DNA of 31,645 nucleotides, from positions 1 to 31,645 of the forward strand of contig DASSLZ010000246.1 of the NCBI GenBank assembly GCA_035689165.1, written 5' to 3'. The notes beneath the pieces were generated by a model. It had not been told where the DNA came from. It worked only from the letters and a program-made list of their open reading frames with translations, and searched no databases. Shown piece by piece: positions 8,464 to 17,233 of this stretch. Within the stretch, counting starts at the first letter, position 1; the number at the start of each line of letters is the position of its first letter. Origin of the DNA: Candidatus Eiseniibacteriota bacterium. GTDB taxonomy: Bacteria; Eisenbacteria; RBG-16-71-46; SZUA-252. The position numbers and the translations under genes were made by a program.

Positions 8464-9289
8464 CGGAAGGGGGCGTGTCGCGCGGACGGGCGAGCCGCTC
8501 GGCCTGATGGGCGTGTTCGCCCATCCCGACGACGAAACGCTGGGCGTGGGCGGCGTCTTCGCGCGCTATGCCGCCGAAGGGGTACGGACCTCCCTGGTCA
8601 CGGCGACGCGGGGCGACCGCGGCCGCTTCCGCGGCATTCGCCACGGGGAGGGTCCGGAGCATCCCGGTCCCGAGGCGCTCGCGCTGATCCGCGAGCAGGA
8701 GCTGCGCGCCGCGTCGCGCGTGCTCGGGATCGAAGACGTCACGCTTCTCGACTACGGCGACGGCCGCCTGGATGAAGCCGACCCGCGGGAGGCGGTGGCG
8801 CGGATCGCGGCGGAGATCCGCCGCGTCCGGCCGCACGTGGTGCTCACGTTCGCTCCGGACGGAGCGTACGGACATCCGGATCACATCGCGATCTGCCAGC
8901 TCGCCACCGCATCGGTCGTCGCGGCCGCCTCGGGGGACGCGCCGCACACCGTCTCCAAGCTCTACTACATGGCGACGACCCAGGCGCGCTGGGACGCCTA
9001 CCAGGCGGCGTTCAAGAAGCTCGTGTCGCTGGTGGACGGCGTGGAACGCCAGGCGCAGCCGTGGCCGGAGTGGATGGTCACGACCACCGTGGACACGCGC
9101 GAGCAGTGGCCCACCGTGTGGCGCGCCGTCGTCTGCCACGACTCGCAGGTGGGAGGCTACGAGAAGCTGAGGCATCTCGCGCCGGAGCACCACGAAGCGC
9201 TATGGGGCCGCCAGCAGTTCTATCGTGTTCTGAGCGTCGTGAACGGAGGCCGCGGCATGGAAACCGATCTCTTCGAGGGGTTGCGATGA
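8453..9289 (+). CDS. PIG-L/LmbE family deacetylase (MshB/BshB-like)
   Basis: VFAHPDDE, TRGDRG, REQEL and YGHPDH. The start is uncertain and could be a downstream GTG/ATG. Confidence 0.9.
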   Translation: MAADGRGRVARTGEPLGLMGVFAHPDDETLGVGGVFARYAAEGVRTSLVTATRGDRGRFRGIRHGEGPEHPGPEALALIREQELRAASRVLGIEDVTLLDYGDGRLDEADPREAVARIAAEIRRVRPHVVLTFAPDGAYGHPDHIAICQLATASVVAAASGDAPHTVSKLYYMATTQARWDAYQAAFKKLVSLVDGVERQAQPWPEWMVTTTVDTREQWPTVWRAVVCHDSQVGGYEKLRHLAPEHHEALWGRQQFYRVLSVVNGGRGMETDLFEGLR

Positions 9290-10836
9290 CGACGAAGACG
9301 GATGGAGGCGCCGCGTCCGCCGGCGCGAATCAGGCGGCGCGACGGCAGGCGCCGCTCGCGATGGATGCCGAGGCGTTCCGCGCGGCGGGGCACCGCCTGG
9401 TGGACCGCGTGTCCGATCTCCTCGCCTCGGTGCCGGAGCGGCCGGTGACGCGCGGCGAGGCGCCCTCCGGCGTGCGGGCCGCGCTCGACCTGAACGGGTC
9501 CCTGCCGGAGGAGGGTTGCGATCCGGAGGCGCTGCTCACGACCACGGCCGGGCTCCTCTTCGACCACTCGCTCTTCAACGGCCATCCGCGGTTCTTCGGC
9601 TACATCACGTCGCCCCCGGCGCCGGTGGGCATCCTGGGCGAGATGCTCGCGGCGGCGGTGAACGCGAACGCCGGCGCCTGGATCCTCGCGCCAGCAGCCA
9701 CGGAGATCGAGACCCAGACGATCCGCTGGATCGCGGAGCTGATCGGCTACCCCGCGTCGGCGGGCGGGATTCTCGTGAGCGGCGGCAACATGGCGAACTT
9801 CGTCGGCTTCTTCGCCGCGCGCGCCGCCCAGGCGCCCTGGCCCGTTCGCGAGAAGGGCGCCGCGGGCGGACCGCCGCTTCGCGCCTACGGCTCGGCCGAG
9901 ACGCACACCTGGATCCAGAAAGCGGCCGACCTGGCGGGCCTGGGCACCGAGTCGGTGCGGTGGATCGAGACCGACGGCGCGATGCGGATGCGCGTGGACG
10001 CGCTGCGCCGGAAGATCCGCGAGGACCGGGAGCGGGGCGACGTGCCGTTCCTGGTGGTCGGCACCGCCGGGAGCGTGGGGACCGGCGCGGTGGATCCGCT
10101 CCCCGAGATCGCGGCGCTCTGCCGCGAGGAGAAGGTGTGGTTCCACGTGGACGGCGCCTACGGCGGACTCGCCGCCGCGGTGCCCGAGGCGCCCGAGGAT
10201 CTCCGCGGGCTCGCTCTGGCGGACTCGGTCGCCGTCGATCCGCACAAGTGGCTCTACGCGCCGATCGAGGCGGGGTGCGCGCTGGTGCGCGATCCCGCGC
10301 GGCTGCGGGCGGCGTTCGCGTACCACCCGCCCTACTACCGCTTCGGTGAAGAGGGACTGAACTACGTCGAGTACGGTCCTCAGAACTCGCGCGGGTTCCG
10401 CGCGCTCAAAGTGTGGCTGGCCCTGCGGCACGCCGGCGCCCGCGGCTACCGCGCCATGATCGCCGAGGACATGCGCCTCTCGCGCGTGATGGCCGAGCGG
10501 GTGGACGCCGAGCCCGACCTGGAGCGCTTCACGCAGTCCTTGAGCATCACGACGTTTCGTTTCCTGCCCCGCGATCTGCGCGAGCGGCGGGGGGAGGCGG
10601 ATGTTGCGGAGTATCTCGACCGGCTGAACCAGGACCTGCTGGACCGCATCCAGAACGGCGGAGAGTGCTTCGTGTCGAACGCCGTGATCGGCGGCCGCTA
10701 TGTGCTGCGCGCCTGCATCGTGAACTTCCATACGGGGGAAGCGGACGTCGCGGCGGTTCCGGTGATCGTCGCGCGGGTGGGGCGCGAAGTGGACGCGGCG
10801 CTCCGTCCCGCCGCCCTCCGCGCCGCGCGGAGCTGA
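9286..10836 (+). CDS. Group II PLP-dependent decarboxylase (aromatic-L-amino-acid decarboxylase-like)
   Basis: HPRFFGYI, SGGNMAN, WFHVDGAYGG, VDPHKWL (PLP lysine), QNSRGFRALK and LRACIVN. ATGA overlap at 9286-9289. Confidence 0.93.
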   Translation: MTTKTDGGAASAGANQAARRQAPLAMDAEAFRAAGHRLVDRVSDLLASVPERPVTRGEAPSGVRAALDLNGSLPEEGCDPEALLTTTAGLLFDHSLFNGHPRFFGYITSPPAPVGILGEMLAAAVNANAGAWILAPAATEIETQTIRWIAELIGYPASAGGILVSGGNMANFVGFFAARAAQAPWPVREKGAAGGPPLRAYGSAETHTWIQKAADLAGLGTESVRWIETDGAMRMRVDALRRKIREDRERGDVPFLVVGTAGSVGTGAVDPLPEIAALCREEKVWFHVDGAYGGLAAAVPEAPEDLRGLALADSVAVDPHKWLYAPIEAGCALVRDPARLRAAFAYHPPYYRFGEEGLNYVEYGPQNSRGFRALKVWLALRHAGARGYRAMIAEDMRLSRVMAERVDAEPDLERFTQSLSITTFRFLPRDLRERRGEADVAEYLDRLNQDLLDRIQNGGECFVSNAVIGGRYVLRACIVNFHTGEADVAAVPVIVARVGREVDAALRPAALRAARS

Positions 10837-10858
10837 AGGGCGCCGCGGCGGCCGCGCG

Positions 10859-11470
10859 CTAGCGGAAGCGGACGGGCAGCCGCACCGACGCCGCGTGCTC
10901 CGGCAGGTCGGAGGGATTGCTCCGCTCGAGGATGAGCGTGCCCTCCTCGGTGTCGGGAGGCTCGAAGTCCAGGGTGAGGGAGAAGGGAACGTACTCGGGC
11001 GTCATCCAGTCGCCGGTCGCGCGCGCCACGCCCCGGGCCACGACCGAATCGCGCGCGTCCAGCAGCCGCACCGGGAACTCCGCCTCGAAGAACCACGATC
11101 CGCGCGCGCGTCCGGCGATCCAGAGCGGGCTCTGGGCGATCTGGTTCGGCCGGGGCGTGTCGAGGAGCACCGGGCCGAGGCGCGTGGCGCCGTCCTCGCC
11201 CGGCGAATCGGCGGCCGGCTCCTCGCCGCCCACCGGGATCCCGCCCGTCATCACCGCCCCCGAGTCGATCCCGTAGGGCGGCTGCCGCGGAGGCGGAGCG
11301 GCGAGGCTCTCGGCGATGCTCGCCGCGCTGGAATCGACCAGGTACCCGGCGTCGGGATTCGCCGCGTCCTGATCCCGCGGCAGCGGTCGCAGCGCGAAGT
11401 AGCCGAAGCCGGCGCCGGCCAGGAGGGCCGTGACCCCGGCAATCCACCAGATCCGCTGCGCGCGGCTCAT
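10859..11470 (-). CDS. Membrane-anchored Gmad2 immunoglobulin-like domain protein
   Basis: N-terminal TM (IWWIAGVTALLAGAGFGYFAL); C-terminal SPLWIAGRARGSWFFEAEFPVRLLD...WMTPEYVPF...ILERSNPS. ATG at 11470. Confidence 0.8.
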   Translation of the reverse strand: MSRAQRIWWIAGVTALLAGAGFGYFALRPLPRDQDAANPDAGYLVDSSAASIAESLAAPPPRQPPYGIDSGAVMTGGIPVGGEEPAADSPGEDGATRLGPVLLDTPRPNQIAQSPLWIAGRARGSWFFEAEFPVRLLDARDSVVARGVARATGDWMTPEYVPFSLTLDFEPPDTEEGTLILERSNPSDLPEHAASVRLPVRFR

Positions 11471-11478
11471 GGAGCCGC

Positions 11479-14400
11479 TCAGGCCACCAACACGCGGCGC
11501 CGCGCCGCGGCGGGGATGCGCGGCTCCGGCGTGAGGATGCCGTCCAGGTTCAGGGGGTCGGCGGCCGCGACACGCACGCCGGCGCCGGAGCCGGCGTCGG
11601 AGCGGCGCAGGCGGCGCAGGAGATCCACCGCCTCCGGCAGCGCGTATTGCTCGCCCGCGAAGCGCTGCACGAAGCGTCCGCCGCGCACATCTCCGCGCAG
11701 CTCCCACAGACGGTAGACGCGCACCAGCTCCCGCCACCGGACCGGAAGGCGTTCCCGGTCGAGCAGGCGGCGGAAGATCACGCCGTAGCGATCGATCAGG
11801 CGGCGGGCGAGGAACTCGATCTCCGCTTCCGCCGCGAGCGTGAAGGGCGCACCCGCGGCGAGCCGCCCCGCGGCAACGGGGTCATCGCCGGCTTCCCGAG
11901 GAACGCGCAGCACGGTCCACCGTCCCGGCGGCGCGAAGCGAGCGCGCTTCAAGGCGCCGCGCCGGCGGCTGGGCGGCGTGATCAGGCGGCGAAGCCCGCT
12001 CCAGGAATCGCACGTGACGAGCCCGCGGCCGATCAGCTCGGCGATCCCCATTTCGACATGGGCAGGGAGGAGGCCGGAGTGCCGCTCCAGGTCCTGCGCG
12101 AAGGAGGCCCCACGCGCCGCCAGAACCGAGAGGAGAACGTCGGCGTAGGTCGAGATCTCGCGCGGATCGATCTCGCCCTCCGCCGTGCCGACGGCCTCGC
12201 CATCGTCGGCGGGGGCGGGCGCCCGCGCCGCGGCGGGTGCCGCGAGCGAGAGCCAGAGGTCCAGCTCCTCGCGCGGCAGGAGCGCGACCGGCGTCGAGCG
12301 GATCGGCGAGCGTCCGCCGCCCCAGAGCCGCCCCCATGCCAGCTCTCCCGACAGGGTCGCCTGGTCCAGCCATTCCTGGCGGTAACCCTCCACGCGGGCG
12401 GGGAGGACGCTCGATTCCCAGGCCGCGGCCGGGATCTCGAACCCGGCGAGCTGTCGCGCAACTTCCACCACGCCGCGCGGGCCCTCGACTCGGTACCCCT
12501 CGGCCGCGTGCTGCCAGCAGGCGAGGAACCGCCAGAACCCGGCCGCGGTGACCGGCTCGATCTCGCGCCGCAGCCGTTCCAGGGTCTCGCGATGGATGCG
12601 CGCGAGGAGCCTCCGGTCGCACCACGCCTGGCGCCCGTCGAGCCGGCAGCGGAGCACGCGCCCTTCGACCTCGAGCGCCAGTAGATATTCTTCCGCCGAA
12701 GGCGGAAGAAAGCCCTCGCCCGCGCCCACGAACACGGGCCCAAGCGCCTCGAGCCGCCCGCGCAGCACCGTCTTCGGATCCGTCGGCGCCTCGACCGCGC
12801 GCCAACGGGCCTCCTCCCCCGCCGGCGCGTCGCGCAGCACGCGCCGCTGCGACGCCAGCTCCTCGATCCACGGCATCCAGCCGGAAATCTCCGCCTCCCG
12901 CTCCGTCACGTACCCCATCCAGAGAAGCGCCTCGTGCACCTCCTCGGCGTTCTCGGGGTCGGGCCATGCCTGCTCGCGCACGCGCGCCACGGCGTCGGGG
13001 TCGAGCGCGCCCAGCGTGTCGGCGGTCTCGGGATCCAGGAAGCGGCGCGAGCTGACCGCCTGCGTGCGGCGCTCTTCGAGCGGCGCGTCGTCGAGGAAGG
13101 CGTAGGGCGCCGCGTTCAGGATGCCGCGCGCGAACGCCGAGGGTTCGGGCGTATCCACGGCGACGCGCTCGATCGCGCCGGAGCGGAGTCCGCGCAAGAG
13201 CTCGAGGAAGCCGTCGGCATCCATCGCCTCCGTCAAGCAGTCCTCGATGGTCTGGCGCACGATCGGGTGCTCCCACGGCACCGGCAGCTCGCCGGGAGGA
13301 AGCGTCTCGGGGCAGGCGAGAACCTGGGGGAACGCCTGGATCAGCGCGTCCTCGGCCCGCATGCGCAGGAGCGGCGTCGGGACCCTCTTGCCGCCGCCCT
13401 GCGTGCGCGAGAGGAGGAGCGCGCGGGTCAGGTTCCAACGCCATCGCGTGCCGAACATCGGCTGGTCCAGGAGCGCCTGCACCAGGAGGTCGCGCGCGGT
13501 CGCCGGGTGCAGGAACTGGAAGACGTCGTCGAGCGGGAAGCTGTGATGCGGCCCCAGCGAGATGACGATCGCCTCCTCGTTGGCCGCGGCCTGCAGCTCG
13601 AAGCCGAAGCCCCGGCAGAAGCGTTTGCGGAGCGCGAGCCCCCAGGCGCGGTTGATCCGGCCGCCGAAGGGCGCGTGCACGACCAGCTGCATCCCCCCCG
13701 ACTCGTCGAAGAAGCGCTCGAGCACGACCCGCTCCGGGGTGGGGATCGCGCCCAGCGACCGCTCTCCTTCGCGGAGATAGTCGGAGAGCTGCGTCGCCGC
13801 CTCGGCCGAGAGCCCGAGGTCGTTCGTGAGCCACGCGGCGTCGCGCCCGCGGACCCGCACGCGTCCGACCGCCGCCGCCAGCTCGCGCGTGCGCGCCGGA
13901 GCCTCCCCCAGCCAGAAGGGGAGGGTCGGCGGAGCGCCGTGCGCGTCGGCCACGCGCACGATGCCGGGCTCCACGCGGAGCACCTGCCAGGAGGCGTTGC
14001 CGAGCTGGAAGACGTCCCCGCCGTTCGACTCCACGGCGAAGTCCTCGTCCAGGGTGCCGACGAACGTGCCCTCCGGCTCGACCACCACGCGGTACTGGCC
14101 GGTGTCGGGAATCGCGCCCCCCGACGTCAGCGCCGTGATCGAGGCGCGCCGGGTGGCGCGGAGCTTCCCGTTCACGCCGTCGCGATGGAGCAGCGCGGCG
14201 CGCCCCGCGGTGTGGAGGCGCACGACGTCGTCGAATTCCGCGCGCGCCAGGTCCTGGTAGGGCCACGCGCGCCGGAGCGTGTCGTAGAGCCGCTCCTCCT
14301 CCCAGGTCTCGGGAACGCAGGAGGCGACGATCTGCTGCGCCAGGATGTCGAGCGAGCGGCGCGGCATGGGCGTGCGGTCCAGCTCGCCCGAGCGGATCGC

Positions 14401-15603
14401 TTCGAGCAGCGCCGCCGCCGTGACCAGCTCGTCCTGGGTCAGCGGGAAGATGCGCCCCTTGGGGACGCGGCCCAGGCCGTGTCCGCTCCGGCCCACGCGC
14501 TGCAGGAAGACCGAGATCGCGGGCGTCACGCCGATCTGGATCGCGAGGTCCACGTCGCCGATGTCGATCCCCAGCTCGAGGGAGGCCGTGGCGACCAGCG
14601 CGCGGAGCGAGCCCTGCTTCAGCCGCCGCTCGGCGTCCAGGCGCCGCTCGCGCGAAAGGCTCCCGTGGTGGCTGGTCACCTGCTCTTCGCCGAGAACCTT
14701 GGTGAGGCGGGCCGCGATGCGCTCGGCCAGCTTCCGCGTGTTCACGAAGACGAGCGTCGTCCGATGCTCGCCGATCAGCTCGCCCATCCGCTTCGTGATG
14801 TCGTCCCACGTTTCATGCGAGCAGACCGTGGCGAGCGGCGCGTCCGGAAGCTCGATGCCCAGGTCCAGCGCACGCCGGTGGCCGGTGTCCACGATGGCGC
14901 AGTCGCGCCCCACGCCCACGAGGAGCTCCGCCACGTCGGTGACCGGCTTCTGCGTCGCCGAGAGCCCGATCCGCTGGATCGGCCCACCGGCCAGCGCTTC
15001 CAGCCGCTCCAGCGAGAGCGCGAGATGGGCGCCGCGCTTCGAGCCCGCGACGGCGTGGATCTCGTCCACGATCACGGTACGCACCGTGCGCAGCAGGGAA
15101 CGTCCCCCGGCGCTCGTGAGGAGGATGTAGAGCGATTCGGGGGTCGTGACCAGCACGTGCGGCGGGCGCCGTCCCATCGAGGCGCGCTCGCTGGCGGGGG
15201 TGTCGCCGGTGCGCACCAGGACGCGGACGGCCGCGCACTCGGGGTCCAGGAGCGTGAGCTCGGCGAGCGGCGCCTGGAGGTTCTTCTGCACGTCGTTGCT
15301 CAGCGCCTTGAGCGGCGAGACGTAGAGGACCTGGGTTTCGTCAGGCAGCGCGCCGCCCTGGCGGAGGAGGCCGTCCAGGGCCCAGAGGAACGCGGCGAGC
15401 GTCTTGCCCGAACCGGTCGGCGCCGCGATCAGGGTGTGCGCGCCGGAGCGGATCCGCGGCCACCCCTCGGCCTGCGCCGGGGAGGGGACGCCGATCCGCT
15501 CGCGGACCCATCGCGCGACCGTGGGATGGAAGCCGTCGAGGGGATCGCCCAGGCGATCGCGATCGCGGGCCTCTTCGGGCGTGGCCCCGTTTCGGTCAGC
15601 CAT
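11479..15603 (-). CDS. lhr: Long-form Lhr SF2 DEAD/DEAH helicase with C-terminal winged-helix/AlkZ-like region
   Basis: APTGSGKT, SPLKALSND, RTGDT, TTPES, DEIH, SAT, HHGSL, SLELGID and QRVGRSGH; C-terminal RYGVIFR...GDVRGGRFV...GEQYA. Confidence 0.93.
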   Translation of the reverse strand: MADRNGATPEEARDRDRLGDPLDGFHPTVARWVRERIGVPSPAQAEGWPRIRSGAHTLIAAPTGSGKTLAAFLWALDGLLRQGGALPDETQVLYVSPLKALSNDVQKNLQAPLAELTLLDPECAAVRVLVRTGDTPASERASMGRRPPHVLVTTPESLYILLTSAGGRSLLRTVRTVIVDEIHAVAGSKRGAHLALSLERLEALAGGPIQRIGLSATQKPVTDVAELLVGVGRDCAIVDTGHRRALDLGIELPDAPLATVCSHETWDDITKRMGELIGEHRTTLVFVNTRKLAERIAARLTKVLGEEQVTSHHGSLSRERRLDAERRLKQGSLRALVATASLELGIDIGDVDLAIQIGVTPAISVFLQRVGRSGHGLGRVPKGRIFPLTQDELVTAAALLEAIRSGELDRTPMPRRSLDILAQQIVASCVPETWEEERLYDTLRRAWPYQDLARAEFDDVVRLHTAGRAALLHRDGVNGKLRATRRASITALTSGGAIPDTGQYRVVVEPEGTFVGTLDEDFAVESNGGDVFQLGNASWQVLRVEPGIVRVADAHGAPPTLPFWLGEAPARTRELAAAVGRVRVRGRDAAWLTNDLGLSAEAATQLSDYLREGERSLGAIPTPERVVLERFFDESGGMQLVVHAPFGGRINRAWGLALRKRFCRGFGFELQAAANEEAIVISLGPHHSFPLDDVFQFLHPATARDLLVQALLDQPMFGTRWRWNLTRALLLSRTQGGGKRVPTPLLRMRAEDALIQAFPQVLACPETLPPGELPVPWEHPIVRQTIEDCLTEAMDADGFLELLRGLRSGAIERVAVDTPEPSAFARGILNAAPYAFLDDAPLEERRTQAVSSRRFLDPETADTLGALDPDAVARVREQAWPDPENAEEVHEALLWMGYVTEREAEISGWMPWIEELASQRRVLRDAPAGEEARWRAVEAPTDPKTVLRGRLEALGPVFVGAGEGFLPPSAEEYLLALEVEGRVLRCRLDGRQAWCDRRLLARIHRETLERLRREIEPVTAAGFWRFLACWQHAAEGYRVEGPRGVVEVARQLAGFEIPAAAWESSVLPARVEGYRQEWLDQATLSGELAWGRLWGGGRSPIRSTPVALLPREELDLWLSLAAPAAARAPAPADDGEAVGTAEGEIDPREISTYADVLLSVLAARGASFAQDLERHSGLLPAHVEMGIAELIGRGLVTCDSWSGLRRLITPPSRRRGALKRARFAPPGRWTVLRVPREAGDDPVAAGRLAAGAPFTLAAEAEIEFLARRLIDRYGVIFRRLLDRERLPVRWRELVRVYRLWELRGDVRGGRFVQRFAGEQYALPEAVDLLRRLRRSDAGSGAGVRVAAADPLNLDGILTPEPRIPAAARRRVLVA

Positions 15604-16237
15604 GGATCAGGCCCGCCACGATCTTCAAGTCCGCGACGAAGCGCGCCATCTCCCGCCGGCGCTCGTCGGAGCCGCGCTGGCGGAGGATGGAGGAGGGGTG
15701 CACGGTGGCGACCGTCCGCGGCGCGAGCGCTGTCGGCACGATGCGCCCGCGCATGGCGGTCACCTTGAAGTCGCGCGCGACGATCGCCTGAGCCGCGGTC
15801 GCCCCCAGGCAGACGAGCACGTCCGGACGGATCAGCTCCATCTCGCGCTCCAACCAGGGAAGGCATGCCGCGATCTCTCTCGCGCTCGGCTTCTTGTGCT
15901 TCCGCCGCTTCCCCTGCGGCTCCCACTTGAAGTGCTTGACCACGTTCGTGACGTAGGTCTCGTCGCGCGCGATCCGGGCCGCTTCGAGCGCTTCGTCCAG
16001 CACGCGGCCGGCCGGTCCCACGAAGGGATGGCCCGCGAGGTCCTCGTCGTTGCCCGGGACCTCGCCGACCAGGACGACCCGCGCCGTGCGCGGCCCCTCG
16101 CCAAAGACGGTCTGCGTCGCGTTCCGGTAGAGCGGACAGCCGCGGCAGCCGCGAGCCGCCTCGCGCAGCGAGGCCATCGTGAGACGCGCGGGAAGGAACT
16201 CGAGGGCGCTGGCGCCGGTGGTGGAACGCGGTGTCAT
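15596..16237 (-). CDS. udgX: UdgX-like family-4 uracil-DNA glycosylase / uracil-DNA binding protein
   Basis: 4Fe-4S cysteines (CRGCPLY; IAACLPW), ATQTVFGEG, GEVPG, TNVVKHFKW, KRRKHKKP (R-loop His) and TVHPSSILR. Confidence 0.88.
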   Translation of the reverse strand: MTPRSTTGASALEFLPARLTMASLREAARGCRGCPLYRNATQTVFGEGPRTARVVLVGEVPGNDEDLAGHPFVGPAGRVLDEALEAARIARDETYVTNVVKHFKWEPQGKRRKHKKPSAREIAACLPWLEREMELIRPDVLVCLGATAAQAIVARDFKVTAMRGRIVPTALAPRTVATVHPSSILRQRGSDERRREMARFVADLKIVAGLIHG

Positions 16238-16243
16238 GGGAGA

Positions 16244-16249
16244 ATTGTA
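16244..16249 (-). promoter_or_regulatory. -10 element (TACAAT) of a probably leaderless udgX-lhr transcript
   Basis: Minus-strand TACAAT ends exactly 6 nt before ATG 16237; no SD is present. Confidence 0.55.
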
Positions 16250-16295
16250 CCCCGGCCGGCGGGGCTCGAGCCATGCGGCGGAGCGTGCCGTGACA

Positions 16296-16318
16296 CGCGG
16301 CCGCGTCGAGCGGCCGCG
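16296..16318. repeat. GC inverted repeat, possible terminator of the LysM-lipoprotein unit
   Basis: CGCGGCCGC-GTCGA-GCGGCCGCG: 9-bp stem, no U-tract. Confidence 0.45.
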
Positions 16319-16331
16319 CGCCCGGCCCGCC

Positions 16332-16796
16332 TCACGTGCTCTTGACTTCGAACTCCTTCGTCGCGGCAGAGGTGCCGTTCACGAAGACCTCGACCTTGTA
16401 CTTCCCGACGGGGAAGCCGTCCGGCTTCGAGACGTGGAACTCGGTCACCGCCTGCCCGCTGGGGGCGATCGTCCGGGTCGATTCGTCCACGACCTGGCCG
16501 TCCTGGTACGTGAACCGCGTCTTGAGCTCGGCCGAAGGGGCCGACCCGTTGGTCACGACCGATGCGTAGATCGTCTGGTTCGGCAGGAACGTGTTCGTCT
16601 GGGTGGCCACGGTGTTGTCATTGGCGAGGCTCGTCCCGAGGTCGACGCGCGCCACCTGAACGCCCTGGGCCGAGGGAGTGGTCCCCTCCGTGCCCGAAGT
16701 GCTCGAGGTCTGGGTTCCGTTCTTCTGGCAGGCGCCGGTGAAGGCCGCAACCGTCAGGCAGAGCGCGACGGCGGCGGCACGGTGATCGAATCGCAT
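16332..16796 (-). CDS. Hypothetical lipoprotein, beta-rich (Ig-like)
   Basis: SD GGAGGA; signal peptide ending in lipobox FTGA-C; Thr/Ser linker; beta-strand-rich domain ending GKYKVEVFVNG. Confidence 0.8.
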   Translation of the reverse strand: MRFDHRAAAVALCLTVAAFTGACQKNGTQTSSTSGTEGTTPSAQGVQVARVDLGTSLANDNTVATQTNTFLPNQTIYASVVTNGSAPSAELKTRFTYQDGQVVDESTRTIAPSGQAVTEFHVSKPDGFPVGKYKVEVFVNGTSAATKEFEVKST

Positions 16797-16818
16797 ACGT
16801 CCTCCTTCACGTGGGGTG

Positions 16819-17073
16819 CTAGGGAAGCCGCAGGGTCCAGCCCGGCTCGATGTGGTCCGGATCGTGGATGCGGTCCTTGTTCGCTTCGTAAATCTTGTGC
16901 CACTGGCCGGCATCGCCGTAGTGATGCCGGGCGATCTTGGAGAGCGAGTCTCCGGGCTTGACGACGTACGTGGCTCCCGCGCCGCCGTCCTGAGCGGGCG
17001 ATGGCGCGGTCGACGACGATCCGCTCTGCACGTTGGAGAAATCGGGCCGGGATTGTTTCTTGTCATCCGCCAT
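16819..17073 (-). CDS. Small LysM-domain protein (84 aa)
   Basis: TYVVKPGDSLSKIARHHYGD...IYEANKDRIHDPDHIEPGWTLRLP; SD GAGG; no signal peptide. Confidence 0.92.
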   Translation of the reverse strand: MADDKKQSRPDFSNVQSGSSSTAPSPAQDGGAGATYVVKPGDSLSKIARHHYGDAGQWHKIYEANKDRIHDPDHIEPGWTLRLP

Positions 17074-17135
17074 GGCGGCACCTCGAATGGGGATAGGTCG
17101 ACTTCCGCCCCCGCAGACGCGGGACCGCGAAAGCC

Positions 17136-17151
17136 TGCATCCCCCATGCCA
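17136..17151 (-). promoter_or_regulatory. Putative sigma54 promoter of the LysM-lipoprotein unit
   Basis: Minus strand reads TGGCATGGGGGATGCA (GG-N10-GC), 62 nt before ATG 17073. Confidence 0.6.
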
Positions 17152-17203
17152 CCCGGGCGCCGGGGCGTCCCTTCGGGAACCGCTGCCGGGCGGGGGCGGC
17201 CCT

Positions 17204-17219
17204 GGGCACGCATGATGCG
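17204..17219 (+). promoter_or_regulatory. Putative sigma54 promoter of the second PIG-L gene
   Basis: GGGCACGCATGATGCG (GGCACG-N4-ATGC); the -12 C is 16 nt before ATG 17234. Confidence 0.5.
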
Positions 17220-17233
17220 ATCGCTCCCGGGCC

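Noticed and set aside
12934-15768. 944-aa plus-strand ORF and similar long ORFs (11882..14809, 27693..29606, 1172..3412, 5620..7251, 9220..10731)
   Set aside because: Antisense or off-frame shadows of well-supported genes. They are R/G/A/P-rich with no domain motifs, as expected at high GC.
16275-16292. CGGCACG on the minus strand upstream of udgX
   Set aside because: GG-to-GC spacing is 8 or 11 rather than 10, and a TACAAT -10 box explains this gene better.
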